Shown piece after piece: positions 16,812 to 24,916 of a stretch of DNA of 42,216 nucleotides. Under the pieces are notes generated by a model. The model was not told where the DNA came from. It saw nothing but the letters and a program-made list of their open reading frames with translations, and made no database searches. The stretch is taken from the IMG/VR virus record IMGVR_UViG_3300012943_000043, positions 1 through 42,216 of that record; one strand, written 5' to 3'. The DNA is from a virus. Taxonomy: Duplodnaviria > Caudoviricetes. Each line of letters starts with the position of its first letter. Position 1 is the first letter of the stretch. Both the position numbers and the translations under genes were made by a program.

Positions 16812-16957
16812 TCAGCTGCGTACCGACGGTTGACCTGCGGACCATCCCCCACCAGGGTGAATACTTTAGTCTGTGACTAACCGACTGTAATTACTGCGGG
16901 TCGGGGCCCGATATCGTGGTCAGCTACAGCCGTCAGAGACCTCTGGGGAGAGGGACC

Positions 16958-17365
16958 ATGCACGCTCAGATTCCGGTAGGCGTCCAACGCAAGATCCGCC
17001 TCGCGGTCGGTGCCCCTGTCGCCGTCGCCCTCTGTTCGTTCTACGCCGCGCAGGTCGCCGACACCGGGCAGGCCGCGGGCATGGCCTTCATGGTCGGCCT
17101 GACGGCGGTGGTGATCGCAGCCGTGTGGGGCCCCTACCTGCACTGGGCCTGGCGGACCCGCCACGTCGAGGAGCTGCACGAGGACGAGGTCGCCGACCTG
17201 CGGTACACCATCCGCCGCAACCGCGCCGACATCGACGCCCAGACCCTCGTGATCGAGCACCTGCGCCGCCAGCACCAGCCGGCGGTGGGCTGGATTCCCG
17301 ACGGCCCGACACCGCCCCGCCCGCCCGCGCAGGTGCTCCAGTTCGTCCGCCGGGACGAAGGCTAG
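16958..17365 (+). CDS. Two-TM membrane protein with cytoplasmic coiled coil
   Basis: GGAGAGGG RBS, ATG 16958; two hydrophobic segments; converges on integrase. Confidence 0.7.
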   Translation: MHAQIPVGVQRKIRLAVGAPVAVALCSFYAAQVADTGQAAGMAFMVGLTAVVIAAVWGPYLHWAWRTRHVEELHEDEVADLRYTIRRNRADIDAQTLVIEHLRRQHQPAVGWIPDGPTPPRPPAQVLQFVRRDEG

Positions 17366-18756
17366 TCCTGAAGACCGAACTCGACGCGCACCGAGTCCGG
17401 GTCGAAGGTCCGCGCGCCCGGCCGTCCGACGGGGTACACGGTCACCCGGACCGCCCGCCGGAGTATGGCCCGCCGCTCGGCCAGCGGGGCACCACCGGTG
17501 CGCTCGGGGCCGTCGCCGAACCACCAGGCGACGGTCTTCTCCGGCGGCGGCAGCAGGTCCAGGGCGTCCCCGCCCACGGTCGTCGCCAGTTGCCCGGCGA
17601 TCTCGGCGATACGCGCTTGCGCCGCAGCCGTGCCGACGAGCATCTGCTCGCGGGTGATGCGCCGGGCCGCGCGGTCCTCGGCCAGCTCGGTCAGCGTCTG
17701 CTCCAGCTCGACGGACTCCGCGCGCAGGGCGTCTGCGTTGACAGCGGGGCGCGGCGCCTGGAGGAGGCCGCGGTGCTCGTCCTCGCTGAGCCAGAGCGCG
17801 ACCACGCTCTCGACGAACTCGTCCACCGGCCCGGCCTTCCGAGCGATGTGCTGCCAGCTGCCGTCCTCCGCGCGGCAGCGGTACTCGCCTTTCGTCACCA
17901 CCAGGCGCGGCTGCTCGCACACCCCGCAGAGGTAGAGCCGGGAACCGAGCCACCGCGGCGGCCGACCTCCCGAGCCGCCCCGCTTCGGGTTGCGCAGCAC
18001 CGCCCCTAGTGCCGAGGCCGTCTCCGCGCCGACGAGGTCCCCGAGGTCCGGGCGGAGCAGGATGTGGCGCAGCGCCTGCGACTGCCACGCGACGAGCCGC
18101 AGCGGCGGGTGCCAGCGCGCGGTGGGCACGCCGGCCGCCGACCACTCCCGGCAGATCGTCTGGAGCCCGACGCCGCCGAGCACCCGTCGCGACGCCGCCC
18201 GGAGCCGCTCGGCCTCGTACTCGCGGACGGTCACGCCGTCGCGTTCCTTGCCGTAGCGCCGCGGGCCGCCGAGGTACTCGCCCGCCGCCCGCTTCTGCGC
18301 CCGCTTCCGGGTGACGCGCTCGCCGGTGCGCTCGGCCTCGGCGGCGTCCGACGCGGCGAGCATCCGCGCGACCTGCCTGCCGTCGGCGGTGTTGAGGTCG
18401 AGGCTCGGCGAGCGCAGGTAGGAGAAGGTGACGCCGTGCCGCTCGGCGAGCTCGATCAAGTCCTCGAGCTCGCGGGGGCGCCGGGTCAGGCGGCTGGAGG
18501 TGTAGGCGAGGATGCGGTCGATGCGCCCAGCCGCGGCGCCGGCGATGAGCCGGTCGTACTCGGGGCGGGTCTTGCGGCTGCGGGTGCTGGCCGAGATGTC
18601 GTTGTCGCGGTAGACGTCGGCCACGACACCGCCGGTCGCGGCGCTCAGCGCGCGGAGGTCTTCGTCCTGCCGGGTCACGCCCAGCTCGAGGCCCTCGCGG
18701 TCGTCGGAGATGCGCTCGTAGAGCCCGTCGCGGAACGGCCTTGACTTCGGCTGCAT
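17362..18756 (-). CDS. int: Large serine recombinase (phage integrase)
   Basis: LYERISDD (catalytic Ser), DNDISAS, RPEYDRL, SRLTR; recombinase domain; Zn ribbon CGVC...YRC; coiled coil. Confidence 0.95.
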   Translation of the reverse strand: MQPKSRPFRDGLYERISDDREGLELGVTRQDEDLRALSAATGGVVADVYRDNDISASTRSRKTRPEYDRLIAGAAAGRIDRILAYTSSRLTRRPRELEDLIELAERHGVTFSYLRSPSLDLNTADGRQVARMLAASDAAEAERTGERVTRKRAQKRAAGEYLGGPRRYGKERDGVTVREYEAERLRAASRRVLGGVGLQTICREWSAAGVPTARWHPPLRLVAWQSQALRHILLRPDLGDLVGAETASALGAVLRNPKRGGSGGRPPRWLGSRLYLCGVCEQPRLVVTKGEYRCRAEDGSWQHIARKAGPVDEFVESVVALWLSEDEHRGLLQAPRPAVNADALRAESVELEQTLTELAEDRAARRITREQMLVGTAAAQARIAEIAGQLATTVGGDALDLLPPPEKTVAWWFGDGPERTGGAPLAERRAILRRAVRVTVYPVGRPGARTFDPDSVRVEFGLQD

Positions 18757-18775
18757 GACGGGTATCGTAACAGAT

Positions 18776-18811
18776 ACAACCTCTAGAACGAGTTGTCATT
18801 GTAGAGGTTGT
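18776..18811. other. Putative attP
   Basis: Perfect 10-bp inverted repeat ACAACCTCTA/TAGAGGTTGT around a 16-bp spacer with central TT (18793-18794), about 20 bp upstream of the integrase ATG. Confidence 0.72.
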
Positions 18812-18829
18812 GACCACGAGGAGGAGACC

Positions 18830-19153
18830 ATGACCACCGCCATCTACGGACCGCAGACCACGTGGGCACGCAACTCGTGGACCGTGCACGACAACCGCGA
18901 GATCGTTGCTCGGTTCTCCGTCGGCCGCGAGGCTCACGAGGCGATCACGAACAGCCGCCACGTCTCGCCCGACTCGGGCCGGAAGCTGTGGCTGTACGAC
19001 CCGACGGGCCGCGTGGTCGCCGTCTACGTGGACGGGCGCGAGCAGCTCGACGGGCTGAGCGGGCCCGCGTTCCCGGCGGTGCCTACGTCTCGGTTGTGCC
19101 CGAACACCGGCACCGACCAGTGCGACGACGGCACCGGCTGCCCGTCATGCTGA
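18830..19153 (+). CDS. Hypothetical protein (107 aa) with Cys-rich tail
   Basis: GAGGAGGAG RBS, ATG 18830. Confidence 0.75.
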   Translation: MTTAIYGPQTTWARNSWTVHDNREIVARFSVGREAHEAITNSRHVSPDSGRKLWLYDPTGRVVAVYVDGREQLDGLSGPAFPAVPTSRLCPNTGTDQCDDGTGCPSC

Positions 19154-19293
19154 CCACCGAGGTTCTGGCCGTCGCCCTGCTCCGTGCGATGCTCGCGGCG
19201 CTGGCGGTGGTGGCCCTTTGTGTCCTCGGTGGCTGGGTCATCCCCTTCGGTCTCGCCGGGGCGCTCGCGTGCTGCCAGCTGGCCGAACGATGA
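19147..19293 (+). CDS. Small membrane protein (48 aa)
   Basis: MLTTEVLAVALLRAMLAALAVVALCVLGGWVIPFGLAGALACC; overlaps both neighbours. Confidence 0.6.
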   Translation: MLTTEVLAVALLRAMLAALAVVALCVLGGWVIPFGLAGALACCQLAER

Positions 19294-19550
19294 CGGCCGG
19301 CGCGGTGACAGCCGCACAGACTGAACTGTTCGAGGGCCTCCGGCGGCTCGTCGAGCAAGGCCCCACCGACGACCTGCTCGCCCAGGTGCGGCAGCTGGCC
19401 AACCGTGTCAGCCGCAAGCTCAGCCGGGCGCAGCGTGCGGGTCAGCCCAAGCCCGAGGCCAAGCCCGAGGCCAAGCCCGCGCAGCGCAACGCCGAAGCCC
19501 CCAGGCGCGATGCACTCAGCGTCATAACTGGGTGGAAAAGGAAGATCACT

Positions 19551-19934
19551 ATGCGCAAAGTGCTGGTCGTCGTGGCTGCCTGCCTGTTCGTCATTGCCAT
19601 GCTGAGCCTGACAGCGTGCGCCGGAGCTGAGGCCGGCGAGCCCGCGCCAGCCCCGACGAGCTCGGTGTCCGCGGCCGACAAGCTCGAGGCGGACAAGGCC
19701 GCGGCCACCGAGGCGTGCAAGGGCTTCGTCGAGAACCAGCTCAAGGCGCCGGCCACCGCGCAGTTCGTCGGCGTCGAGGCCACGCTCCACGGCGTCGACA
19801 CCTACGACGTGCTCGGCGGTGTCGACTCCGAGAACGGCTTCGGCGCGCTCATCCGGTCCACCTTCAGCTGCACGACCCAGCTCTCGCCAAGCACAGGCGA
19901 GGACTGGATCGAGGTCAGCGTCAACGTGTTCTGA
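19551..19934 (+). CDS. Lipoprotein
   Basis: AAAAGGAAG RBS; signal peptide MRKVLVVVAACLFVIAMLSLTAC with lipobox LTAC; CKGFVENQLKAPATAQF...VDSENGFGA...C motif; frame also open upstream to ATG 19290. Confidence 0.8.
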   Translation: MRKVLVVVAACLFVIAMLSLTACAGAEAGEPAPAPTSSVSAADKLEADKAAATEACKGFVENQLKAPATAQFVGVEATLHGVDTYDVLGGVDSENGFGALIRSTFSCTTQLSPSTGEDWIEVSVNVF

Positions 19935-19946
19935 GAGGATCATCCG

Positions 19947-20171
19947 ATGCGCGACAACCGCGATCCAGTGCGCCTATTTCCGGGGCAGCACGGCCTTACC
20001 TTCTGGCTCGGCCCTCGGGAGGACCACTCCTCCGTGCAGGTCGACATGATCCTCTACACGCCCGACGGCCCGCCTGCGCCTTCGGGGCATGGCGAGCTGT
20101 CGTGGGATGACCTGCGCAAACTACGCGACGCCATCGACTTCTACCTTCGAGACGGTGCGCCTACCGCTTGA
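19947..20171 (+). CDS. Hypothetical protein (74 aa)
   Basis: GAGGA RBS, ATG start. Confidence 0.65.
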   Translation: MRDNRDPVRLFPGQHGLTFWLGPREDHSSVQVDMILYTPDGPPAPSGHGELSWDDLRKLRDAIDFYLRDGAPTA

Positions 20172-20212
20172 CCGCCTCCAGGAGGTCGCGCACCGGCAGC
20201 TAGCCTAAGCCG

Positions 20213-20410
20213 GTGCGCTACGTGTCCATCGCCTACGGCACCCTAGAAGAAATCACCCAGCTGATGCGTGAGGCACTCGGCGGGCAGCGCAGCCCGCGTA
20301 GGCAGCGCGAGGCGCGGCAGGCTCTTGAGGATCTCGAGGCAGGCGACACCAGCGTGACGCTGGGCATGACCACCTACCTGGTAGTGGACAACCCGGACGA
20401 GGTGGTCTGA
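20213..20410 (+). CDS. Hypothetical protein (65 aa)
   Basis: GTG 6 nt after TAGCCT (possible leaderless -10); start lies in a 10-bp inverted repeat 20188-20218. Confidence 0.6.
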   Translation: MRYVSIAYGTLEEITQLMREALGGQRSPRRQREARQALEDLEAGDTSVTLGMTTYLVVDNPDEVV

Positions 20411-20595
20411 CCCTCGCCCTTGGTGTTACCCTCGGCGGATCGTCCTGGCTACCAGGGCCGGGGCACGTTCGAGGACAACTCCATGATCACCCAAGCGGAC
20501 AGCGTCGAATGGACGCTGAGAAGGTCGCTTGACTCCACAGCCCACCAGGCTGTCCGGGGACAAGCGATACGTCCCGGACCCCGGTGGGCTGACGT

Positions 20596-20832
20596 ATGCC
20601 CCTAGGTCTCACACACCCGACGGTCAACGACAAGTGGTTCGGCTGCTACGTCGGCGACTGGTTCTTCCGGCTGGTCGACGGCGACCGCTACATCGCGGTG
20701 CTGCGCACGCCCGCCTCGGCCCAGCTCGTCGACAGCATCCCCGTCGAGGCCGACACCTCCAGCGATCCGCGGCCGGTGCTCTGGCGCCTGGCCGAGGCGT
20801 GGGCGATGAACCACAGCCGTGTCCGCCGATGA
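20596..20832 (+). CDS. Hypothetical protein (78 aa)
   Basis: GC3-rich ORF; ATGA overlap with next gene. Confidence 0.6.
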   Translation: MPLGLTHPTVNDKWFGCYVGDWFFRLVDGDRYIAVLRTPASAQLVDSIPVEADTSSDPRPVLWRLAEAWAMNHSRVRR

Positions 20833-21113
20833 CCGAGAGCCACACCTTCACGTGGCGGCCCGACCTCGCAGACTGGTCACTCTCGCACCTCACGATCGAC
20901 GGCCAGACGCGCCGGGCGGTCGACGATGTGAAGTACCCCGGCCTGCGGTGGATCTGGGCGGTGTGCGCCGGCAAGACCAACGGCAGCGCGACGGAGCTGC
21001 CCGGGTCGGAGCGGTGCCCCGCCTGCAAGGACTGGCTACGCGGCAAGCCACCGGGAACGACGAAAAGCCCCCACCCCGCGGGACCGAAGTCCAACGGGGC
21101 GGGGGCCGGATGA
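20829..21113 (+). CDS. Hypothetical protein with CxxC (94 aa)
   Basis: MTESHTFTWRPD...AVC...RCPAC; 3' end runs through the opposing terminator. Confidence 0.55.
   Translation: MTESHTFTWRPDLADWSLSHLTIDGQTRRAVDDVKYPGLRWIWAVCAGKTNGSATELPGSERCPACKDWLRGKPPGTTKSPHPAGPKSNGAGAG
21063..21106 (-). terminator. Intrinsic terminator of late (structural/lysis) operon
   Basis: Minus strand GCCCCCGCCCCG...GGAC-TTCG-GTCC...CGGGGTGGGGGC-TTTT; C(UUCG)G tetraloop. Confidence 0.8.
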
Positions 21114-21224
21114 GGAGCGTCATGCTACCGGACGACAAGGATTGGATCTACGCTTGCCGAAAGTGCGGCAAGGTCTACTGCATCTGTATCGGGATCAGAG
21201 TTCGCGGTCGCGCATGTCCGCCTC

Positions 21225-21533
21225 CTAGAGGATGACCAGGACCCCGGCCGGGTCGTCGGGCGGCGTGACGGGAGCCTTGCCGCCGGCGACCCACCGGACC
21301 CAGATCAGGTAGGTGCCCGGCGTCAGCTCGTTGCCGGTGCCCGGCCCGACGTAGATCCCGAGTCCGTCGGCCGTGGCGTCTGCCGCTCCGCTGATCGCGT
21401 CGGTGTCGACCGGGCGGGAGCGGTGCGGCAGGATCGCGTACGTCCAGTCGACGACCGGCGAGCCGTCGGAGGCCGTGACGGTGAGCGGGCCGACCCAGTC
21501 CTTGGCCAGTCGGTCGAGGGTCCAGGTCGTCAC
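21225..21533 (-). CDS. Putative virion accessory protein, beta-rich (102 aa)
   Basis: VTTWTLDRLAKDWVG...TPGTYLIWVRW; GGAGG RBS; GTGA overlap. Confidence 0.7.
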   Translation of the reverse strand: MTTWTLDRLAKDWVGPLTVTASDGSPVVDWTYAILPHRSRPVDTDAISGAADATADGLGIYVGPGTGNELTPGTYLIWVRWVAGGKAPVTPPDDPAGVLVIL

Positions 21534-22633
21534 TGCGCCTCCAGGGTCACGGTCCAGCGCTGAGGTTCGAGCACGACCGCGGGGCCGGGTTGCGGCGCGA
21601 GGGTCGCGGTGTAGGTCAGGTTCGGCGGCAGTGCGCCTTGGCGCTCGGCGACCAGCGAGGCGGTAGCCCGCAGCGTCACGGAGCCGGAGCGGTGCGACGA
21701 GCCGGACAGGGCCAGCCCCGCCGATGCCGCCAGCGAGCGGACCGCCGAGACCGCCTTGGCTCCGGCCGCCACGATCGCGGCCACCGCGCCGAGGGCAGTG
21801 CTGCCGGCTGCGGACTTCGAGCCGACCGCGGTCACGGTGCCGTTTGCTGCAACGGAGGCCGCACCTGTTGCAGCCTTCTGCCCGTTCACTGCAACAGCCG
21901 CCGACGCGGACAGGGTCACCGAGCCCGCAGCGTTCTTCCGCCCGGCCACCGACACCGCTGCGGTCGCGGTCAGGGTGACGGAGCCGGAGTGGCTCTCGGC
22001 CAGTGGCGGGCCGGCCTCGGTCGTGACGGCTGTGCCGCCTGCGGTGAGGTGGCGCCCGTTGCCGGAGTGGTCGGTCAGGTCCCCGGCGGTCTCGAGCGGC
22101 CAGTCCGCCCACAGCCCGGAGGTCCGGACGGGAGCGGTCGCCGCCCACTCGGCCTCTATCTGCGCTTGGCTGAGCACCGCCGACCAGACCCGGGCGTAGG
22201 CCACCCGGCCGTTCCACCACTCGGAATCGTCTGTTGTGGACCGGCCGCCGAGGGTGATGCTCGTCGGGCTGGCCGCGCCGGACGCGGTGCCGGACACGAC
22301 TTCCGTGGACCCGCCCGGGATGGTGGCGTAGACCTTGGTGGCGGTGCCCGTCACGGTGAACGCGACCGGCCGCCACGCAGCGACCGGGGTGCCGGTGGTC
22401 GCCGTGACGGTGCCGCCGCCGGTGAAGTAGTTCGGGCCGCCGGTGCCGTCCACACTCGTCGCGAAGGTGGCGGTGGTGCTGCCGCCGGTCCACAGCCGGG
22501 CGTACGTCGCGTTCGTGTTGAGGTCGACCGCGTTGTAGACCCAGGCGACGAAGGTGATCCCGGACGCCGGGTCGGGGACGCCGCCACCCGTGTAGGAGAT
22601 CTTGTCGGTGGCGGCGTCGAACCGGACGGACAT
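21530..22633 (-). CDS. LamG/concanavalin A-like domain protein with 20-aa repeats (fibre-like)
   Basis: ITFVAWV, WRPVAFTV, WNGRVAYARVWSAVLSQAQI, DHSGNGRHLT LamG signature; six Ala/Ser/Val-rich repeats. Confidence 0.82.
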   Translation of the reverse strand: MSVRFDAATDKISYTGGGVPDPASGITFVAWVYNAVDLNTNATYARLWTGGSTTATFATSVDGTGGPNYFTGGGTVTATTGTPVAAWRPVAFTVTGTATKVYATIPGGSTEVVSGTASGAASPTSITLGGRSTTDDSEWWNGRVAYARVWSAVLSQAQIEAEWAATAPVRTSGLWADWPLETAGDLTDHSGNGRHLTAGGTAVTTEAGPPLAESHSGSVTLTATAAVSVAGRKNAAGSVTLSASAAVAVNGQKAATGAASVAANGTVTAVGSKSAAGSTALGAVAAIVAAGAKAVSAVRSLAASAGLALSGSSHRSGSVTLRATASLVAERQGALPPNLTYTATLAPQPGPAVVLEPQRWTVTLEAQ

Positions 22634-22649
22634 GGCTCAGCCCTTCCGG

Positions 22650-22928
22650 CTAGTACGTGCCGGTCACACCGAGTACAGCCACAGCGCCCGCGTCCTGCAT
22701 CTGGAACACGTACAGGGGCAGAACCGTTCCGTCCGCGATCGGAACGAAGACCGACTCACCCTGCCCGAGCGAGTAGCCTTCGTCGTAGGCAGGCGCCGTG
22801 TTCTGGTAGGACAGCGTGACCGGGGTGCGGCCAACGTTCTTCACGGTCACCCCGGGGTGCAAGAAGTTGCCGACCAGGGGCACAACATCGCTGACCGGGT
22901 GTTGGTCATTCCAGTTGGTCAAGGCCAT
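22650..22928 (-). CDS. Putative virion protein (92 aa)
   Basis: MALTNWNDQHP...; GGAAAG RBS; beta-rich composition. Confidence 0.65.
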   Translation of the reverse strand: MALTNWNDQHPVSDVVPLVGNFLHPGVTVKNVGRTPVTLSYQNTAPAYDEGYSLGQGESVFVPIADGTVLPLYVFQMQDAGAVAVLGVTGTY

Positions 22929-22942
22929 CAGGTCTTTCCCTT

Positions 22943-23275
22943 TCAGCTTCCGGAGTCCACGTCGGCGAGGACCGACAACGCGTAGGTGCCCTGCGCGCCG
23001 TAGGTCTCGGTGGTGGCCGTCTCGGTGTGCACCGGCGAGCCGCCGGAGCTGGCCGTGTAGAAGCCCACCGTGTTGACCGTCGAGCCCGCGGGGACGTCGA
23101 AGGTGGCAGTGCCGGTCCAGTCGCCGTTGGCCGTCGCGCCGTAGCTCAGGGTCTTGCGCGCGTAGGCTGGCGAGCCACCGGTCAGCTCGGTCGAACCGTT
23201 GAGCAGACCGACGTGGGTGTAGCCGTTCTTCAGGCCCTCGGCGGCAGGGTTGAGCAGTGCGTTGGAGAGTGGCAC
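22943..23275 (-). CDS. Small tail-fibre-associated protein (110 aa)
   Basis: TELTGGSPAYARK...TFDVPAGSTV...GFYTASSGG pattern typical of small phage fibre subunits; AAGGAGG RBS. Confidence 0.75.
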   Translation of the reverse strand: MPLSNALLNPAAEGLKNGYTHVGLLNGSTELTGGSPAYARKTLSYGATANGDWTGTATFDVPAGSTVNTVGFYTASSGGSPVHTETATTETYGAQGTYALSVLADVDSGS

Positions 23276-23305
23276 GGGTGCCTCCTTGTGCGTCCCCCAG
23301 GCGGA

Positions 23306-23782
23306 TCAGATGAGGGCGACCAGCGCCCAGACAGCCCCGGCGAGCGGGGCCAGCTGCACCGCGGTGACGGCGGTCAGCTGCGGCAGGGTCTTCAGCCAGC
23401 CCGGCCGGCGGACCTTGCTGGCGACGGCCGCCCAGCGCACGCCCGACCACATCAGCCAGCGGCGGACCCAGCCGACATTGCACGCCTGGAGCGCCGCGCG
23501 GAACTCGGCGTCGACCTGTGCCGACGAGACCACGGCGCCGTACTTCACCAGCTCGTCCGTGATCAGGTAGTCGTGCACGACGGCGGCCTTGTCCCACCGG
23601 CCCGACTGCGGGAACAGGACCCAGAGCAGCCGCGGCACGGACGCGAAGTCGGTGACGTAGCCCGCCGGGACCTCGACCTGCGCGGCGTACTTGCCCGCGT
23701 AGGCCAGCGTCGCGAGCAGCTCCCAGAGCGCGTCCTCGCCCTCGACCTTGCGGACGTCGAGCGGTGTGGCGAACGATGCCAT
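23306..23782 (-). CDS. DUF1353 family protein
   Basis: VPAGYVTDFASVPR...AAVVHDYL...DAEF...VR signature; C-terminal hydrophobic segment. Confidence 0.85.
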   Translation of the reverse strand: MASFATPLDVRKVEGEDALWELLATLAYAGKYAAQVEVPAGYVTDFASVPRLLWVLFPQSGRWDKAAVVHDYLITDELVKYGAVVSSAQVDAEFRAALQACNVGWVRRWLMWSGVRWAAVASKVRRPGWLKTLPQLTAVTAVQLAPLAGAVWALVALI

Positions 23783-24630
23783 CAGGCCGCGTCCTTGCCG
23801 CTCACGTGGACGTCCACCTCGACGGTGTTCTCGCGCAGCGCCTTGGCGACGGCGGCCTCGACCTGCTCGGCCGTCAGGTCGTTGGTGCCCTTGGCGATGA
23901 CCTGCGCCAGCGCGCTGACGGAGGCCGTCGCGGCGTCGAGCTTCCGGCCCAGCGCGGCCAGGCCGTACGAGCTGTTGTTCATCAGCTGGTTCGTGTTCAG
24001 CCAGGTGTGGCCCCAGCGGTCCGGCCCGGGGTCCTTGACCTCGTCGGTGGGCTGCATGTCGTCGTCCTCCGGAGTGGGGTTGGTGAGCGGCTTCAGGATC
24101 AGGTTGCGGTCGCAGAGCACGCCGCCCACCGTCACCTGGGTGTTGTTGTCCTGCCAGACCTGCACGTGCGCGCGGACGTCGCTGCGCCGGCCGGCCTGCC
24201 AGAAGTGATCGACGATGTCGCGGGCTGCGTCCATCGCGTTGCCGAAGCCGTAGGCCCCGGTCTTCGCGCGGCCCAGCACCGACACGGCGCCGAGCAGGTA
24301 CGCCTGCCACTCGGCCGGGCTCGGCAGCGTGGTGCGGTCGTTGGTGAAGTAGATGACCCCGTCGTAGCCGAGGAACTTCGCGCCGGCGAGCGCCCGCTTG
24401 GCGTGGGCGACCCCCGTCGGGAAGCCGCCCGCGGACGCGGTCGTGGTGGTCTGCATGACCATCCGCACGCCCAGCCCGGCAGCGCGGTGGCTGGCGAACT
24501 CGGCCTTGGTGGTGTGCTTCCAGCCGAGGTTGTCCGGTGAGTCGATGTACCGGATGACGCCGGCGTACCCGGCGCGCTTGATGGTCTGTCCGTCCAGTTT
24601 GGCCGCTGAGTAGTCGAGCCAGTAGGCCAC
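23782..24630 (-). CDS. Endolysin, DUF1906/Rv2525c-like (GH25-like) glycoside hydrolase
   Basis: LDYS...AGYAGVIRY...IYFTND...GAYG...FWQ...QDNN...CDRN; C-terminal helical domain. Confidence 0.85.
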   Translation of the reverse strand: MAYWLDYSAAKLDGQTIKRAGYAGVIRYIDSPDNLGWKHTTKAEFASHRAAGLGVRMVMQTTTTASAGGFPTGVAHAKRALAGAKFLGYDGVIYFTNDRTTLPSPAEWQAYLLGAVSVLGRAKTGAYGFGNAMDAARDIVDHFWQAGRRSDVRAHVQVWQDNNTQVTVGGVLCDRNLILKPLTNPTPEDDDMQPTDEVKDPGPDRWGHTWLNTNQLMNNSSYGLAALGRKLDAATASVSALAQVIAKGTNDLTAEQVEAAVAKALRENTVEVDVHVSGKDAA

Positions 24631-24635
24631 GGCTG

Positions 24636-24905
24636 TCAGCCTCCGATCAGTGTCTTGATCCAGTCGACGGCGCCCGAGAGAAGCGCGGTCACGCCGGCGA
24701 TCCCCGACAGCTGCCAGGTGGACCAGCGCCGCGTGACCTTCTGCTCGCCAGCCCTCTCCAGCGCCTCGACGCGGTACTCGAGCTTGGCCACGCGCGGGAG
24801 GTACTCCTCGCGGTGGGCGTCGAGCTTCTCGTCGAGGCCGTCGAGCTTTCCCTCGAGGCGCTCCAGGAAGCGGACAAGCGTCGGGTCCACGTGCGGCTCC
24901 GTCAT
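24636..24905 (-). CDS. Holin-like/lysis-associated membrane protein (89 aa)
   Basis: Coiled coil LERLEGKLDGLDEKL plus one C-terminal hydrophobic helix; directly upstream of endolysin. Confidence 0.6.
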   Translation of the reverse strand: MTEPHVDPTLVRFLERLEGKLDGLDEKLDAHREEYLPRVAKLEYRVEALERAGEQKVTRRWSTWQLSGIAGVTALLSGAVDWIKTLIGG

Positions 24906-24916
24906 CGGTCGTAGGG

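Noticed and set aside
16335-16842. TGACCTGCGGA on both sides of the repressor gene (similar to arms in the ori region)
   Set aside because: Short GC-rich motif that also occurs in coding sequence; no function can be supported
19447-19479. 12-bp tandem repeat CCAAGCCCGAGG (about 2.7 copies)
   Set aside because: Short in-frame coding repeat (KPEA); not CRISPR-like or clearly regulatory
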